Source: the human T2T-CHM13v2.0 reference genome, Homo sapiens. Taken from it: a stretch of DNA of 64,000 nucleotides. Both the position numbers and the translations under genes were made by a program. Positions within the stretch are counted from its first letter, which is position 1. Each line of letters opens with the position of its first letter. The DNA lies in assembly GCF_009914755.1 (NCBI RefSeq), contig NC_060944.1, one strand, 5' to 3'. Of the stretch, positions 41,141-53,310 are shown piece by piece. The notes below the pieces were generated by a model. That model was not told the DNA's origin. It ran no database searches and saw only the letters and a list, made by a program, of their open reading frames with translations.

Positions 41141-41351
41141 CAATGCTTCTCAACAAGGGGGATTCTTCTCCACAGCGGACATTCAGCAATGTCTGGGGGC
41201 ATTGTCATTGGCACATTTGGGGGTTGTGCTCCTGGCATCTAGTGGGTGCAAGCCAGGGATGGCGCTCAGCATCCTGCAGGGCACAAGATGACCCCACCTC
41301 AGAGTAGTGTCTGACACAGAAAGTCCCAAGTGCTGAGGCTGAGAAATCTTG
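41141..41351 (+). mobile_element. MER20 copy 3, nested in a MIR
   Basis: caatgcttctcaac...ggacattcagcaatgtctgg...ctggcatctagtgggt...gtgctgaggctgagaaatcttg; 8-bp TSD-like ggctagac/ggccagaa. Confidence 0.88.
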
Positions 41352-41359
41352 GGCCAGAA

Positions 41360-41550
41360 CAGGATAAAGGCTACGTGTGCTTTGCTTCATTTCATCCTAG
41401 GAGAACCCTGTCAGGAATTATGATTCTCATTGTGTAGTTGGGGAAGCTGAGACATGGAAGGCTGAGCTGTCTGACGTGACGCAGCTGGGGAGTGGCCGAG
41501 CTGGAAATGGAGCCCAGGTCTGTCTGACTCTGGAGTCTGTGCCTTTGACT
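41360..41550 (-). mobile_element. MIR remainder
   Basis: ggggaagctgagacatgga...gagctggaaatggagcccaggtctgtctgactctggag. Confidence 0.7.
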
Positions 41551-43275
41551 GATGCAGAAATTCAGAACATCCGTGCTGAGGCATAGCAGGGGTCCAGCAT
41601 ACACGGGGGCTCAAGTGCATAAAAAACCCTCTCTTTGTTTTGAGATGCAAGTTCGTCAGGACCTCCAAAACATTGCCTCCCATCTTCCCCTCCTCCAAAC
41701 TGTTCGGCGATCCCCTTGGTTTGTTCAGCCTCCCCAGAGTCATCAAAACATTGACACCGCTTCCCTATTATTCATCAAAAATGCACCCTGTCACACCAGC
41801 AAGCCAGGGGTTAAGGCATCTCAAGGTGAGGGTGGAGGAGACTGAGTTCAGCAGAGGGTGAGTGGCCCTGTGGGAGCCGTGCCCGGACATGACAGAGGTG
41901 GGATTCCAAATATGAAAAACACCTTCCTCCTGCCCCAGGCCCCTTTCTTATGAGAATCCAACAGGCAGCCAGTGGTCTCCAGCATGGGGATTCCTGGACC
42001 ACGTCATGTGGTAGGTGACCCCTGAAGGCTCACTGCACCTGCTGTATCTATTGGACATGTGTGTGTGTGTTTGAGTTGAAGACTATGTATAGGAATTCAA
42101 TTCAGCAGACATGTGGATGCTTACCACATGCACTGCCTCCACTTGCTTTTGCCTGTGTGCACCTGCTCATGCAACATCTTCATGGCAAACCCAGGGGCAC
42201 ATGCACTGGGGTAGTGCAGGATCCAACGGTGCCATCTGCACCCAGCAGACTTTCCAGGAGAGAAGATTGACTGAGCACTCAGCCATCAATGTCAGCCTGT
42301 AGTGGAAGGCTCTAGGGCAAAATTCTTTTATGGGCATCGCAGAACAAGTCTTCATTGAACACTGTGAACCAGACAAGTGGGAAGGTGGATGAAGAGCTAA
42401 TTCACTGAAACAAGGTGAGACCCCACGGACCAACCAAAATGTGGAATCAAGGCTGCTACTGTAAGGACTTTCAGCTGCTTAATGATGTATATTCCTTCTC
42501 CTGTTATAGATGAGATGCCCGAGAATGTTCCCTCCCCAACTCAGAATCCTTTGCAAAACCACCAGGATCTTGGACAAAGAGGTAATGAAGATTTTCTGCA
42601 ATTAAAAAAAAAAGAAAGAAAGAAACTTGGAATGAATCTATTTTTGCCACTTCAAGTGTGGGTTCACCTGACCCATAATTGCCATGTTCCTGCTCATTTT
42701 GCCTCTCCGCCCCCAACTATTGATTTGATTTGGGAGATAAATATGCTGCAGTGTTATTTAGAGTCAACCTGCCTCTGAGTGTCGGTTAGGAGGGTGGGGA
42801 GGAGAGAAGGTGGCACTGAGCAGAATTTTAATCAGGTTTTAGCGGTCTCTACCTGCTCATGTAACTAATCAAATACTCCTGTCCCGAGGGCAGAAATTCA
42901 CACAATGCATTTCCATTAAAAAATTACTCTTTAATCAACTTCCTCCTACTCAGGGCCATCCGAGGGGCAGGAGGACCAGGCATTCTTGCCAAGGTCATCC
43001 TGATTGTGGAAGCTTGCCAGGACAGAGTCCCATCTCTGGAACAAAGTCTTCTTTGTGCGTGGTGAGATGGAGTTGGTGTCTTTTGGTTTTATTAACCTAG
43101 GGACTATTTACCCATCTCACTATTTCCCTTGCATATGTCTAAAAGGCAAAACTAGGAAAGGGCTAGGTGGTCTCTGAATCCTCTCCTCTCTATCTCCCTA
43201 AAAGAGGTGGCTGTTTCTGTCAAGACCATTTGGTGGCTGGAGAGACCCACGGCAGATAGCTACTTACTCAGCTAT

Positions 43276-43280
<5 letters not shown>

Positions 43281-43322
<42 letters not shown>
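43281..43322 (+). repeat. (TG)21 microsatellite
   Basis: Uninterrupted TG run. Confidence 0.98.
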
Positions 43323-43324
<2 letters not shown>

Positions 43325-43740
43325 GCGGAGGTCTTCATATTTGAAAAAATATTTTCTTTATATATGACAATACTTGATTCCAACAAATTATATCATAATG
43401 CTGGAAGTCCAGGCAGCCTGTTAAGCCAGAGTGGCAGATCCATTATGTGGCCTGGGAATCAGTGTGGACCCTTTCAGTGACCCTGAAATCCTAAGTGTAG
43501 ATAACACACCCTGCTTTCACGCTGAAGTGCTGCAATATGACCCAAAAGGAAGAAATAAAACCTCTCAGTTGTTGTTGCTAAGAATTCCTATTACCAAGAA
43601 AATCCATTCATGCAGTATAAACTGTTGGTTTTCTTAGAGGGCAAAAATCAGGGTTAAGCCTGGGTTTTGGCCTCCTACAAAAACGTAAGGCAGCAATGAG
43701 GAAAGACGTGATCCTTTACTGAAAGAAAACAAATACTTAG

Positions 43741-44064
<324 letters not shown>

Positions 44065-44194
44065 TAGCTAGATTTTGGATGCTAGAGTCTGTGGAAATTT
44101 TGTCTTCTCTCTCTGTCTCTCTCTCACCCTTCTGAATACCTGCCCCATTTTCTTTACTTTTCTAAAATGTTTCCATTGCTTTTCTATCTTGCTC

Positions 44195-44400
44195 ATGCTT
44201 TTCAGTTGCAAATGGTAGAATCTGTCCTAGCTAGTAGCTAGTTTCAACATAAAGGGATTTCCTTAAAGGGCCTTGGTTAGCTCACAGCATCCCTAGGAAA
44301 GTCAGTGACTTGGGCTTGAGGTCTATGCACCCAGGAACACTAGCCCTCACTGAGCTGCTTCCTTCAGGGTCCAGGATGCCCACTGCCCCTGCTGTCTCTG
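44195..44400 (-). mobile_element. Old MaLR LTR fragment
   Basis: gcttttcagttgcaaatggtagaa...aaagggattt...tagctcacag. Confidence 0.45.
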
Positions 44401-45029
44401 AAGCTTGCTGTGGGGCAGGCTGATGCTATTGGTGTAGACCTAGACACAGGTCCCTGCAGTTAGGACAGATACCTGACCTGGTCCCACATGCTGTGAGGAC
44501 ACAAGACCCCGTGTCCTTATTCTTTGCCAGAGCTTGGAAGCAAGGCAGACAGATACATCAGGACGGTGCCTAGGCAGTCTGCAGCTGATGGTCCTCTATC
44601 CACTTCATAATCTTTACTGTGTGCCAGTGAACAAGAGCCCCAGGTGCCCACCCTCCTCAGAGACAGTTCTGTGCGAAGGATAGACCAAACCAAGCAAGCA
44701 GACAAATAAATCACAGTAATTGTATGAGGAGGAAAATCAGCAAGGAAACCAGCAGTCAGTGTGCGGAGAGCTGTTCCCCAGATGGAGTCAAGGAAGTCTT
44801 CCTGCAGAGGTGACGTGATTGAGACGGGAGTTGGGGAAGGTGCACTGGAAGCTGGGTGGGTCTCAGAGGGCAGCCTGGTGGTTTATTTGGCCTGGTTGTG
44901 TGTGCCAGGCACGGCCGAGGGCACTAAAGGAAGGGTGCCTCACTGCAGAGGAGGAGGAAGCTCCAGTGCCGGCAGGCTCCTGGGATGGAGTAAGGACATG
45001 TGGGTGTCGGGATGTGATTCTGGTGAAGC

Positions 45030-45245
45030 ATTTGAGCCCTACCACTCCAAAACCTGAGTTCAAGAACTCACCCACTACATATGAGCAGTGTGGACTTGTG
45101 AAAATTAACCTCTCTTATCCTTGGCTTTCTTTTTGGTACAGTGGAGTTGATGAAAAGCATCAGCTTCAGAGGATTGGAGGAAAGGCACGTAGAGTGCTGA
45201 TGACAGGGCCTGGCACACAGCAGGAGCTCAACCAATGCTCAGCGC
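45030..45245 (+). mobile_element. MIR
   Basis: cctgagttcaagaactca...aaattaacctctct...gggcctggcacacagcaggagctcaa. Confidence 0.65.
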
Positions 45246-45414
45246 TGAGAAGGGACTCACTGTGCTTAGCAATATTGCTGCGGGAAAGCCAGATTGTCCC
45301 TTCAGGATCCATCAATGCCGAGGGCAAGGAGAGAAAAGCATTTGGGATTTTCTTTTATGGGTCTCTTCTTTCAATTTCATTTTCATGTATCTCAATTTTT
45401 GTTGACTGTATTCA

Positions 45415-45660
45415 CCACTACTTCTTGACTGTTTTTTATGTTCTAGGCACTTTTCACAAATATCTATTTAATCCTTAGTTCTCTATGAATTAAATAGCTA
45501 TTTGTGAAATCCTATTGGTGGAATCCTCCCACCTTTGTGAGTGTGAATGTGTGTGTAACTTATGTATCATAGAGTTTAAGTAAACTGTTAAATATTACAC
45601 AGCTATTGAGTGGTGTAGCTGGGGTTTGAACCAAAATCTACCTGGCTCCAAGTTCCTTCT
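45415..45660 (-). mobile_element. MIR
   Basis: tatgttctaggcact...atctatttaatcctta...gctggggtttgaacca..tctacctggctcca. Confidence 0.6.
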
Positions 45661-46704
45661 CCTGACTGATATTAGTTTGTTGGGCATCACGAGGTGAGGG
45701 CATCTAAAAAGTCTTGTGTGTTTAGATCCTTCCTGGATTTCTCAGGGACTTGTTTCTGTTGACCAACAGGTGTTAGGAGGTAGAAGGAAATGCATGTAAA
45801 GTACCGGCCTGCAACTGTTGCTTCTGGCAGAAGAGCTGAGCTTCACCCATCTCTGCCATTAGATAAAGGATGTGGTTGCTATTGCCCAAGAGACTTCTTC
45901 TTGGAAATAATGCCGGAAAAAAAAAAAAAAAAGCAATTCCTTGCAAATCCAGCAGTCACTAAAAACACGGAGAACTAAGTTTTTAGGATGGTCAAAAGCC
46001 ACCCACCTAGTCCATTTTATTTGTTTCCTGTTCATTTCTTTTATTTTCTTCTTCTATCTCCATAATCTTTATTTCCCCACGACAAGATTCTCATCTAACT
46101 CTCTATTTAACATACCAATGCTTCTTGAGGACGCCGTTATCTATTGTTTCTTACGGTGCACATTCATTAGCACTTGCCAGAGAGGGGCTGTGTACTGTCA
46201 TTTCTGCGCCTGCCTTTGTAAGTTTTAGATTAATTCCTGCTGTGGTCATGTTCTTTGGGATAATTTTATCAAGATTTTCTTTCTCTTGCTTTATTACTTG
46301 CTTTCTTGGTTACTTTATTAAATTTTAAAATGTCTTATTAAGGTTACTTCTTTCATTGTGACAAAAGTATAACTTTTCCAACTTTGCTCTAAAAACTTGT
46401 AGAACAAACTCTTAATAGCCGCCCCCCTCCCCAGGGACATGGGGCAGGACTAGGGTGGGAGTGTGGTGGGGAAGAACAGCTCTTACTTTTTAGTCTAAAT
46501 GTTTCTTTATGGCTTCAATTATTTATAACCATCACAGACTATTTTAATGAATTGTTTTCAGTAATAAATAAGACTTGTAGATCTGATAATGTTATTTTTA
46601 TAAACTTTTTTTTAATCAGGCCATGCTCTTCAAGATGCAGAGGTATAAGAAGTCCTTAGTGAAATAACTTTTAAGAACTGTGCATTAAAAAGATGGCTAA
46701 TGGC

Positions 46705-47002
46705 AATCCCAGCACTTTGGGAGGCCGAGGTGGGTGGATCACGAGGTCAGGAGTTCAAGACCAGCCTGGCCAACATGGTGAGATCCTGTCTCTATTAAAA
46801 ATGCAAAAATTAGCTGGGCATGGTGGTATGCACCTGTAATCCCAGCTACTCAGGAGGCTGAGGCAGGAGAATTGCTTAACCGGGACCCAGGAGGTGGAGG
46901 TTGCAGTGAGCCAAGATCACGCCACTGCACTTCAGCCTGGGCTACAGAGCGAGACTCTGTCAAAAAAAAAAGAAAAAAAAAAAAACAAGGAAAAGAAAAG
47001 AA
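46705..47002 (+). mobile_element. AluSg-like, 5'-truncated by ~25 bp
   Basis: aatcccagcactttgggaggccgagg...ggatcacgaggtcaggagttcaagacc; A-rich tail. Confidence 0.95.
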
Positions 47003-49991
47003 ACTAGTGTGAATATGAGAGCTTCATTGAATCCAGGGATATGGCTTAATAGAGATTTTTAAGGCCACTTGACCTAACTAGAGTTTGCAGCTCAAATAGA
47101 AGTTTTATTGGGTTCTGTTATTGGATTATCCAGTGGGGCAGAGGTAGAGCTGCCAGCTCCCAAATTAACACTGTAGATTGGCATCTACTGCAGGCAAATG
47201 ACTTCCAACTTGGCCATCACTGAAAACCATATGGAAAGACAATTTACAAAGTCTCTGGAGGCTTTTTGGTGACTTAGTGATTGGCCTTTTGGAAATGGAC
47301 AGAGCAAGGAGACAGAACAAACCTGAATATTTGGTGGCTGCAGCTCTTTTGGTCTTCACAATCCATTAAGTCCTCACCTGGGTAGGTGTCTACCTGTTAC
47401 AGGTGGGCAGGTAAGCCTGCTCGCTGGCCATGGAGGCAGGACACCTCTGGATGGAAAATGAGCCTGTCTCGGAGAGCGACCCCTGGTGGATGGGGAGCTT
47501 TCCTGCACTTCACAAACATCACTAAAGGTGAATCCCATTCCCCTCCTCTGTCTACCTCCTTCTCTCTGGGCTCGTCTCTGTTTCCAGTCATCTAAATAGA
47601 AAGGAATCCTTAAAGATACAGTAGTCAAAACATTGTAAGCCCTCTCCTACCCCTCTGTCCACTCCCCACACTCACACATCAGATGTGGGTTTCTTAAATA
47701 TAAATCTAGGATTAATGCATTCAAGCCTGGTTCCTTGGGGGAAAGCTGGAATAACCAGCAAATGTCAAAATGTTTTCTTTAAATATCTAAATGAGTGGAA
47801 AATAAAACAATATAATTTCCCCAGGAATTACCTGGCCACTGGTCTTTTCCATAGACATGATACATCCCCTTATTTCTCCCCAGGGTGAATCCAGTTGGGA
47901 GTATTTGACACTGCAGATCTTGGGTGCTCAGAGGGAGGCACCATTAGTTTAATAAGAGAAGGTCCTGAGTCTGAGGGTTCTAAAGGTGGCCCCCATAGAC
48001 TCTAGGCAAACTGCTCAGCCACGGTCTCATGAATATCACATCTTTCTGTAGGTCTGGAAGAGACCTGGCAACACCTCCAGAAATGGCCTCCTTCTCTGGG
48101 TAGTACCAGTTAACCTCTAGAATCTAGTATAACTCGAAATTTTTATTGGAATTATCCAAGCCATTACCCTGCTCGCTGTATTAGCTCTGCCCTCGAGCGC
48201 TCTTGACTAAGTATCAGGGGAATGAAGAGCTTTGTCAATTGGAACCCAAGCCTCCTGATCTTAATTAGAGATGTGCCAAAGTACCTGAATTTAATGGGGG
48301 AGGTTGGCAGACAGTTCTCTCTCCACCCCTCTTGCATTTAATGACTTCATTACTGATTACTGTCCACAGCAATGCAGAAATTAAATATGCTCTGCAGAAA
48401 AGCAAAAAGGTTGAAATGCAGTTGCTTTTGCATAGCAAGTTCCACGCGAAGCTTTGCACTGTTTGCAAAACGGGGAGAGCCAAGATGTTAGCATGCCTCC
48501 CCCACACATACCCTGCCACAGCGCAGCTCAGCCCAGCAGTCTGGCCTCCCAGGCCCGGGAGGGGCCCATACGGAAGGTGGGGAGAATGAATTATTCATGT
48601 GCTCGCTCCCATCCACAGATAATTCAATATTCTGCTCTCAATAATCTTTGCCAGCGTTATCTGTATTCATTCTCTCGTTCTGTAAAGAAGGCTGCTAAGT
48701 AATTGTTAAATATCTTTCCTGCTCCCTGAATAAATTGGAGATACAGAAAAATAATAGGGATATGATTGCAACATATTCATTTGGTCATGTTTGCCCTGAT
48801 TTAGTGGGGCACAGCAGACAGCTCCAGCATTCCAGAACTATTGCCATACACCGAGAAGGGTCAAAGTCACACTTTTTTCCAACGATTTTTCTCAGACACT
48901 CATGCTCCTTAAAGCTCCCTCATAACCCATCACCCTGTGGTGGGGACACCAATTCTTAGCGTCCAGGTATCTTTTCCACTGAAGAGACATTCATGTCAAA
49001 ATTCTGACAGTTTTCTTCTTTTATTTAAGCTAAACATTTCCATTTGAGACAAGAACATTTTAACCATTACATCCACAGGCTTTGTATGGTGCATTTGCAG
49101 GTTCAGTATTTCCCAGGCCAAGCAACAGTTTGTGCGTATAGTAAATACAGCTGGAGGAAACTGTGTTTATAACACTTAGTTAGAAGGAGTAAATAGCCCT
49201 GGGTACTGATAAGAAAGGTAAAATGTATCCAGAGCTGCTGCAGAAGACAGAGGCGGAGGAAATGATGGAAATGGTGACCCTGTTGGTAGGAAAATCACCT
49301 GGAAAACAAACAGTTGCTTTAGCCTTTACACACGCAGAAAACTTTCAAGGAGAATGACTTGACCCAGGAGGATGGGCTTTGACCTTGTTCCTGAAGGATC
49401 CAAGCCCTGGCTAAGCTTGGGGTGGGGGACCGGCTCCAGGATGAGATGTCTGTCTGTGTCATTTTCCCTTTCTCTGTGAGCTTGTGAGCCAACCCGGAAG
49501 ACACTGGGTGCTTTGGAAAAGAGCTCTCTGGGTTTGGGGGATCTGCTGGGGCTTACAGGTGGAGAATGGGGGGGACCAGCAGCGGGTTAGGGTGAAGATG
49601 GCCTCAGAGCGTGGCGGGCTTCTGACAGCCCCCTCCATCCACGTTGGATCTCCAGTGTCATCAAGGTTGTTTACTGAGCTCCTGCTTGCAGTTGGCCTTG
49701 TGCTATAAAAAATACACTTAGACACTTAACACTTCTCTTCCTGAGAGCTTAGTCTATGACAACAGGGTCACAGATATTTATAAGCACATGTATCTATTAA
49801 ATAAATATCTGCTGAGGCTAGTCTCTCTTGCTATGAAATCCTTTCTCTGCCTTTATTCTCCTGCCTTTTTTTTGTCATGTTCAGCTGGTCTTTGGTGCAA
49901 ATTCTTCTGAGTACCATGTGGTGGCTCTGCGTGGTGCTGCTCTGCTTTCTTGGTCCAGGGACTCTCCTGAAGTACAGGGTGCTTTGGTGTA

Positions 49992-50225
49992 AAGGGTTTT
50001 CTCACCAGGGTGATTGTGCCCCCTACCCTGGCCCCTATGGAATGTTTGTCAAAGTCTGGAAACATTTTGGTTGTCACGATGTGGGAGAGATTGCTACTGC
50101 ATACAGTGGGTAGAGCCCTGGACTTCACCATGGGTGCATGAACATCATCTGTGCACAGCACGGCATCCTCTCCCCAAGAATCTTCCAGTCCCAGAAGTCA
50201 GCAGTGTGGCGGCCTAGATGCCCTC
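49992..50225 (+). mobile_element. MER20 copy 4
   Basis: gggtgattgtgcccc...gtctggaaacattttggttgtcacga...gctactgcatacagtgggtagagcc. Confidence 0.82.
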
Positions 50226-51329
50226 ATTGATAATGGGGCTGCCCCTTCAGGCGTTGCTGGGTTGAAGACCGGACTGTCACTTGCCAGTAGCAGGTTCTTT
50301 AACTTCTATGTGACTCCTTGCCTCATCTGAAAAACACATACCTAGGGCTCCTCCTCAGGGATTCTGGGGGTTGATGAAATCGTGCTTGTGAGTACATAGC
50401 AGAGATATTATTCCTGGATCCTGTAACCGTGCAGGCCCAGCTGTCATCATTGTTGTTGTTATTTGGCTTTTAAACATCCAAACTGTATATGCTTCAATAT
50501 AACCTCTCTGCTGCTTGTTGCCTCCTCTGCTCAAGAACCCTCAGTGGCTCCCCACTTTACCCACTTGCAATGGGCACCGCTTCCTGTTCGCCAGGGAAAG
50601 CACCTGGTAGCTTGGCCCCCACTGCCTGTTGTTTGATGCTTCTGAGCCAACTGTCAGCTGCTCAACTTCCTCCAAGGAAGTTGCCAATGCTTCAGAACTT
50701 CTGTTGGTCCCAGGCAGTATGGGGGGGCTGCGGTTTAGAGAGATTCAGTGTGTGCAGAGGTCTCCTCACCTGGCATCAGTGGGGAGGCCTTCACTCATCT
50801 CTCTCCTGTGTCTACACAGCCCCACCTGACCATCACAGCGAGCCTTGCCTCTTCTTAGATCTGTGTTCCCGGATGGGGTGGGGTGTGGTGCATGGAGCAC
50901 CCCTCCTTCCCTCCCCTGAGTCCTTCCCTGATGGAGACAGCTGCTTCTCTCCTTGCGGAAATACACTCCGGTGGCGGTGGGGTGGGGGGAGTGGGTTTAA
51001 GGGACAACTTACCAAGTGATACTGGTGACCCTCAGGAGGTCTGGTGTTGCCACCTATGTGGAAATGAGCTCCAGGGAAGAGGAAAACAGCCTCTGTTATC
51101 TGACACTCGGAATCTGCTTAAAAGGCTGCCTATTCCCAAAGACTTCCCCATTGTGCAGCTGTCCCTTCATTTGCTGCAGCTAAGGGGCCCGCCATGCCTC
51201 TGCTACCTTCCCGGTGACAGGGAAGCGGGGCTCTAGGTGGTGGAGCCCAGCCCCAGCCCATCAGAGCCTCCAGCTCTTCCCCTGGTAAATTCTGTCAGGT
51301 CCTCTGTCTTGGGTCACCTGTCAGCTCCT

Positions 51330-51580
51330 TCCATGGGCATTCCATGAGTACCTGACAGAAAGGCACCTTTTCCCAGTCATTCTGCATCATGTTACCTGCT
51401 TCTGGTTTCTCTATACTGTTGTCACCATCTGAGACGAGCTCACTGATTCATCCCCTTGTGATTCCTGTGAGCTCTGCATGGGAACAGGACGATTTCTATT
51501 TGGTTTATTCATCAGACTATCCAAAGAGCTCAGCTGAGGACCTGGCATGCCACAGGTGCTCAATAAGTATACACTGAATG
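51330..51580 (+). mobile_element. L2 3' end
   Basis: ctgtgagctctgcatgggaacaggac...gacctggcatgccacaggtgctcaataagtat. Confidence 0.65.
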
Positions 51581-52504
51581 CACTTGAATATGGCAAAGGC
51601 TCTCCTCGTGCCCCATGGAGAGGGAAGAGATGGTGGAAAGTGAGATGGAGCAGGGGAAAGGCTGGGCTCTTGACCTCATCATCTCTCTTCGTGAAGGCCC
51701 CCCATGATTGAGGCTGGGACCAGGGCAGGCTGTCATGGATGTGGCATGGTGACACCTACGAGGTTGATGGATTCTTCTCAGATTCTGCAGTGCCAAGGTC
51801 TCTGTCGAAGGTTACACTAGTATTCTGAGGGACGGGAGTCATTCTTAACTAGACAGGTGTGCCCATCACTCCATGGCTCTGGGTGAACATTTGTTGTGTT
51901 CAGGAGTCTGGACCACAGGCCACACGGAGCAGCAATGCTGCCATCAGACACGGCTGGGAAAACAGTCTATGGAAACTGGCAAAGGACACAGACTGTGGGC
52001 ATGAAAGGTGAAAGATTAGCCCAGGCCCCCACTCCATGTGGACGTCCAACCCACAGCTCCTCCATGTGCTGTGAGAAAGAACCCCTGTCATTTCAATCCA
52101 CAAGGTGGATTGTGAGTAGCCTGTGGGGCCTCAGCGCTGGTAAGAACGTCACTCTTCATTCCCTGCCTCTGGACAACCTCAGCCCCTGCACCTTGCACCT
52201 TGCTTCTTAACTGACCCTTGGTGCAAACTGATCCTCCCACCTGCATCCTGTCTGACCAGAGCCCAGTGACCCAGCAGGTGCCCAGTCCCTGGAGCCTGCT
52301 GTCACATTCTCCAGAAGGCATCCCATTCCTATTGGCTGCGACAAGTTTTGTTTAGAAGAAAACTTGCCCAAGTGGGATTGTGAATGGGCCTCTAACATTG
52401 ATGCTTCTGAAACGCCACAGCGTTTCTACTCTGTTCCTAAGTGTGAGTGTTGGTGGCATTAGCAGGGTTTAAAATCAAGAGCTAAAGGGTGAAATGTTGG
52501 AGCA

Positions 52505-52675
52505 GGCTGCAGAAAAGTCTTAGAATTTGGGCTCACACAGACTCTGTTTGAATCCTGGACCCACCATTTACCAGCTCTGTGACTTTGGGCAACTTTCATC
52601 ACTTCTCTGAGTCCGTGTTTTCCACCTATAACATGTGGATAAAACAAGTATTTCACAAGGCTCTTAGCTGCAGAT
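52505..52675 (+). mobile_element. MIR
   Basis: tttgaatcctgg...ccatttaccagctctgtgactttgggcaactt...ctctgagtccgtgttttccacctataa. Confidence 0.8.
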
Positions 52676-52684
52676 TACATGGAG

Positions 52685-53310
52685 TGTGACTGTTTCTGCC
52701 TGCCCCAAATTCCTTTCCTCTCTGCTAAAAGGGCCCCTCCTTGCTGTGAGGAGTACATTTCACTTGGTTCAATATCCTGACCTTCCCCTAGAGATAGGCA
52801 ATGATCTGTCTTGACTGAACCAATCAGCTCAGGTATGTACATGTGACTAGGTTGAATCAGTCGACTCAGGGACACACATGACCAATTCAAACCAAGCAGC
52901 TCAGGGGTGCACACATGACTAACTAAAGCCAATCAGCTCAGAGACATATGACAAGACCAAACCAAACAACTCAGGACGGCACACGTGACCAGGATGGACT
53001 AATCAGTGCAGGGATGCCCACATGACTGGACCTAACCAATCAGCTCAGGGATAGGCACATGACCAGGTTGAACCAATCAGCTCAGAGATTTACGCATGGC
53101 CAGGTCAATCAGGATTCCCCCTAAGTTGTACCCTGGTGACCATCAAGCCTACTAGGAGGGAGGGCTGGAGCCAGGGATGTTCTTCGAACACATAGACTGG
53201 GACCTCCCTGGAGTCCCTGAACTTTGCAGTTATATAAGCCAGTGTATTTCCTCTCCGCCATGCTAGTCTGAATTGAGCATTTCGGCAACTGCAGCCAGGA
53301 ACGCATTGTG
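52685..53310 (+). mobile_element. Old MaLR LTR (MLT1J/K-like) carrying an internal tandem array
   Basis: 3' end cagttatataagccagtgtatttcct...ctagtctgaattgagcatttc..caactgcagcc; unit resembles the MLT1 cagggatgggcatgtgac..ccaatcag motif. Confidence 0.65.
52818..53112 (+). repeat. Degenerate minisatellite, ~8.3 x 37 bp (aaccaatcagctcagggatrggcacatgaccaggttg)
   Basis: Unit starts at 52818, 52855, 52890, 52927, 52960, 52997, 53034, 53071. Confidence 0.93.

Noticed and set aside
44819-45478. Longest ORF (219 aa)
   Set aside because: Non-ATG start, runs through L2/MIR-derived sequence, no recognisable domain or exon structure.
50489-51019. 176-aa ORF
   Set aside because: Cys/Ser/Leu/Gly-rich composition typical of random non-coding frames; no family resemblance.
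52818-53112. Regularly spaced ~37-bp repeats superficially like a CRISPR array
   Set aside because: Contiguous degenerate tandem units with no unique spacers, no cas genes, and a primate LTR context.
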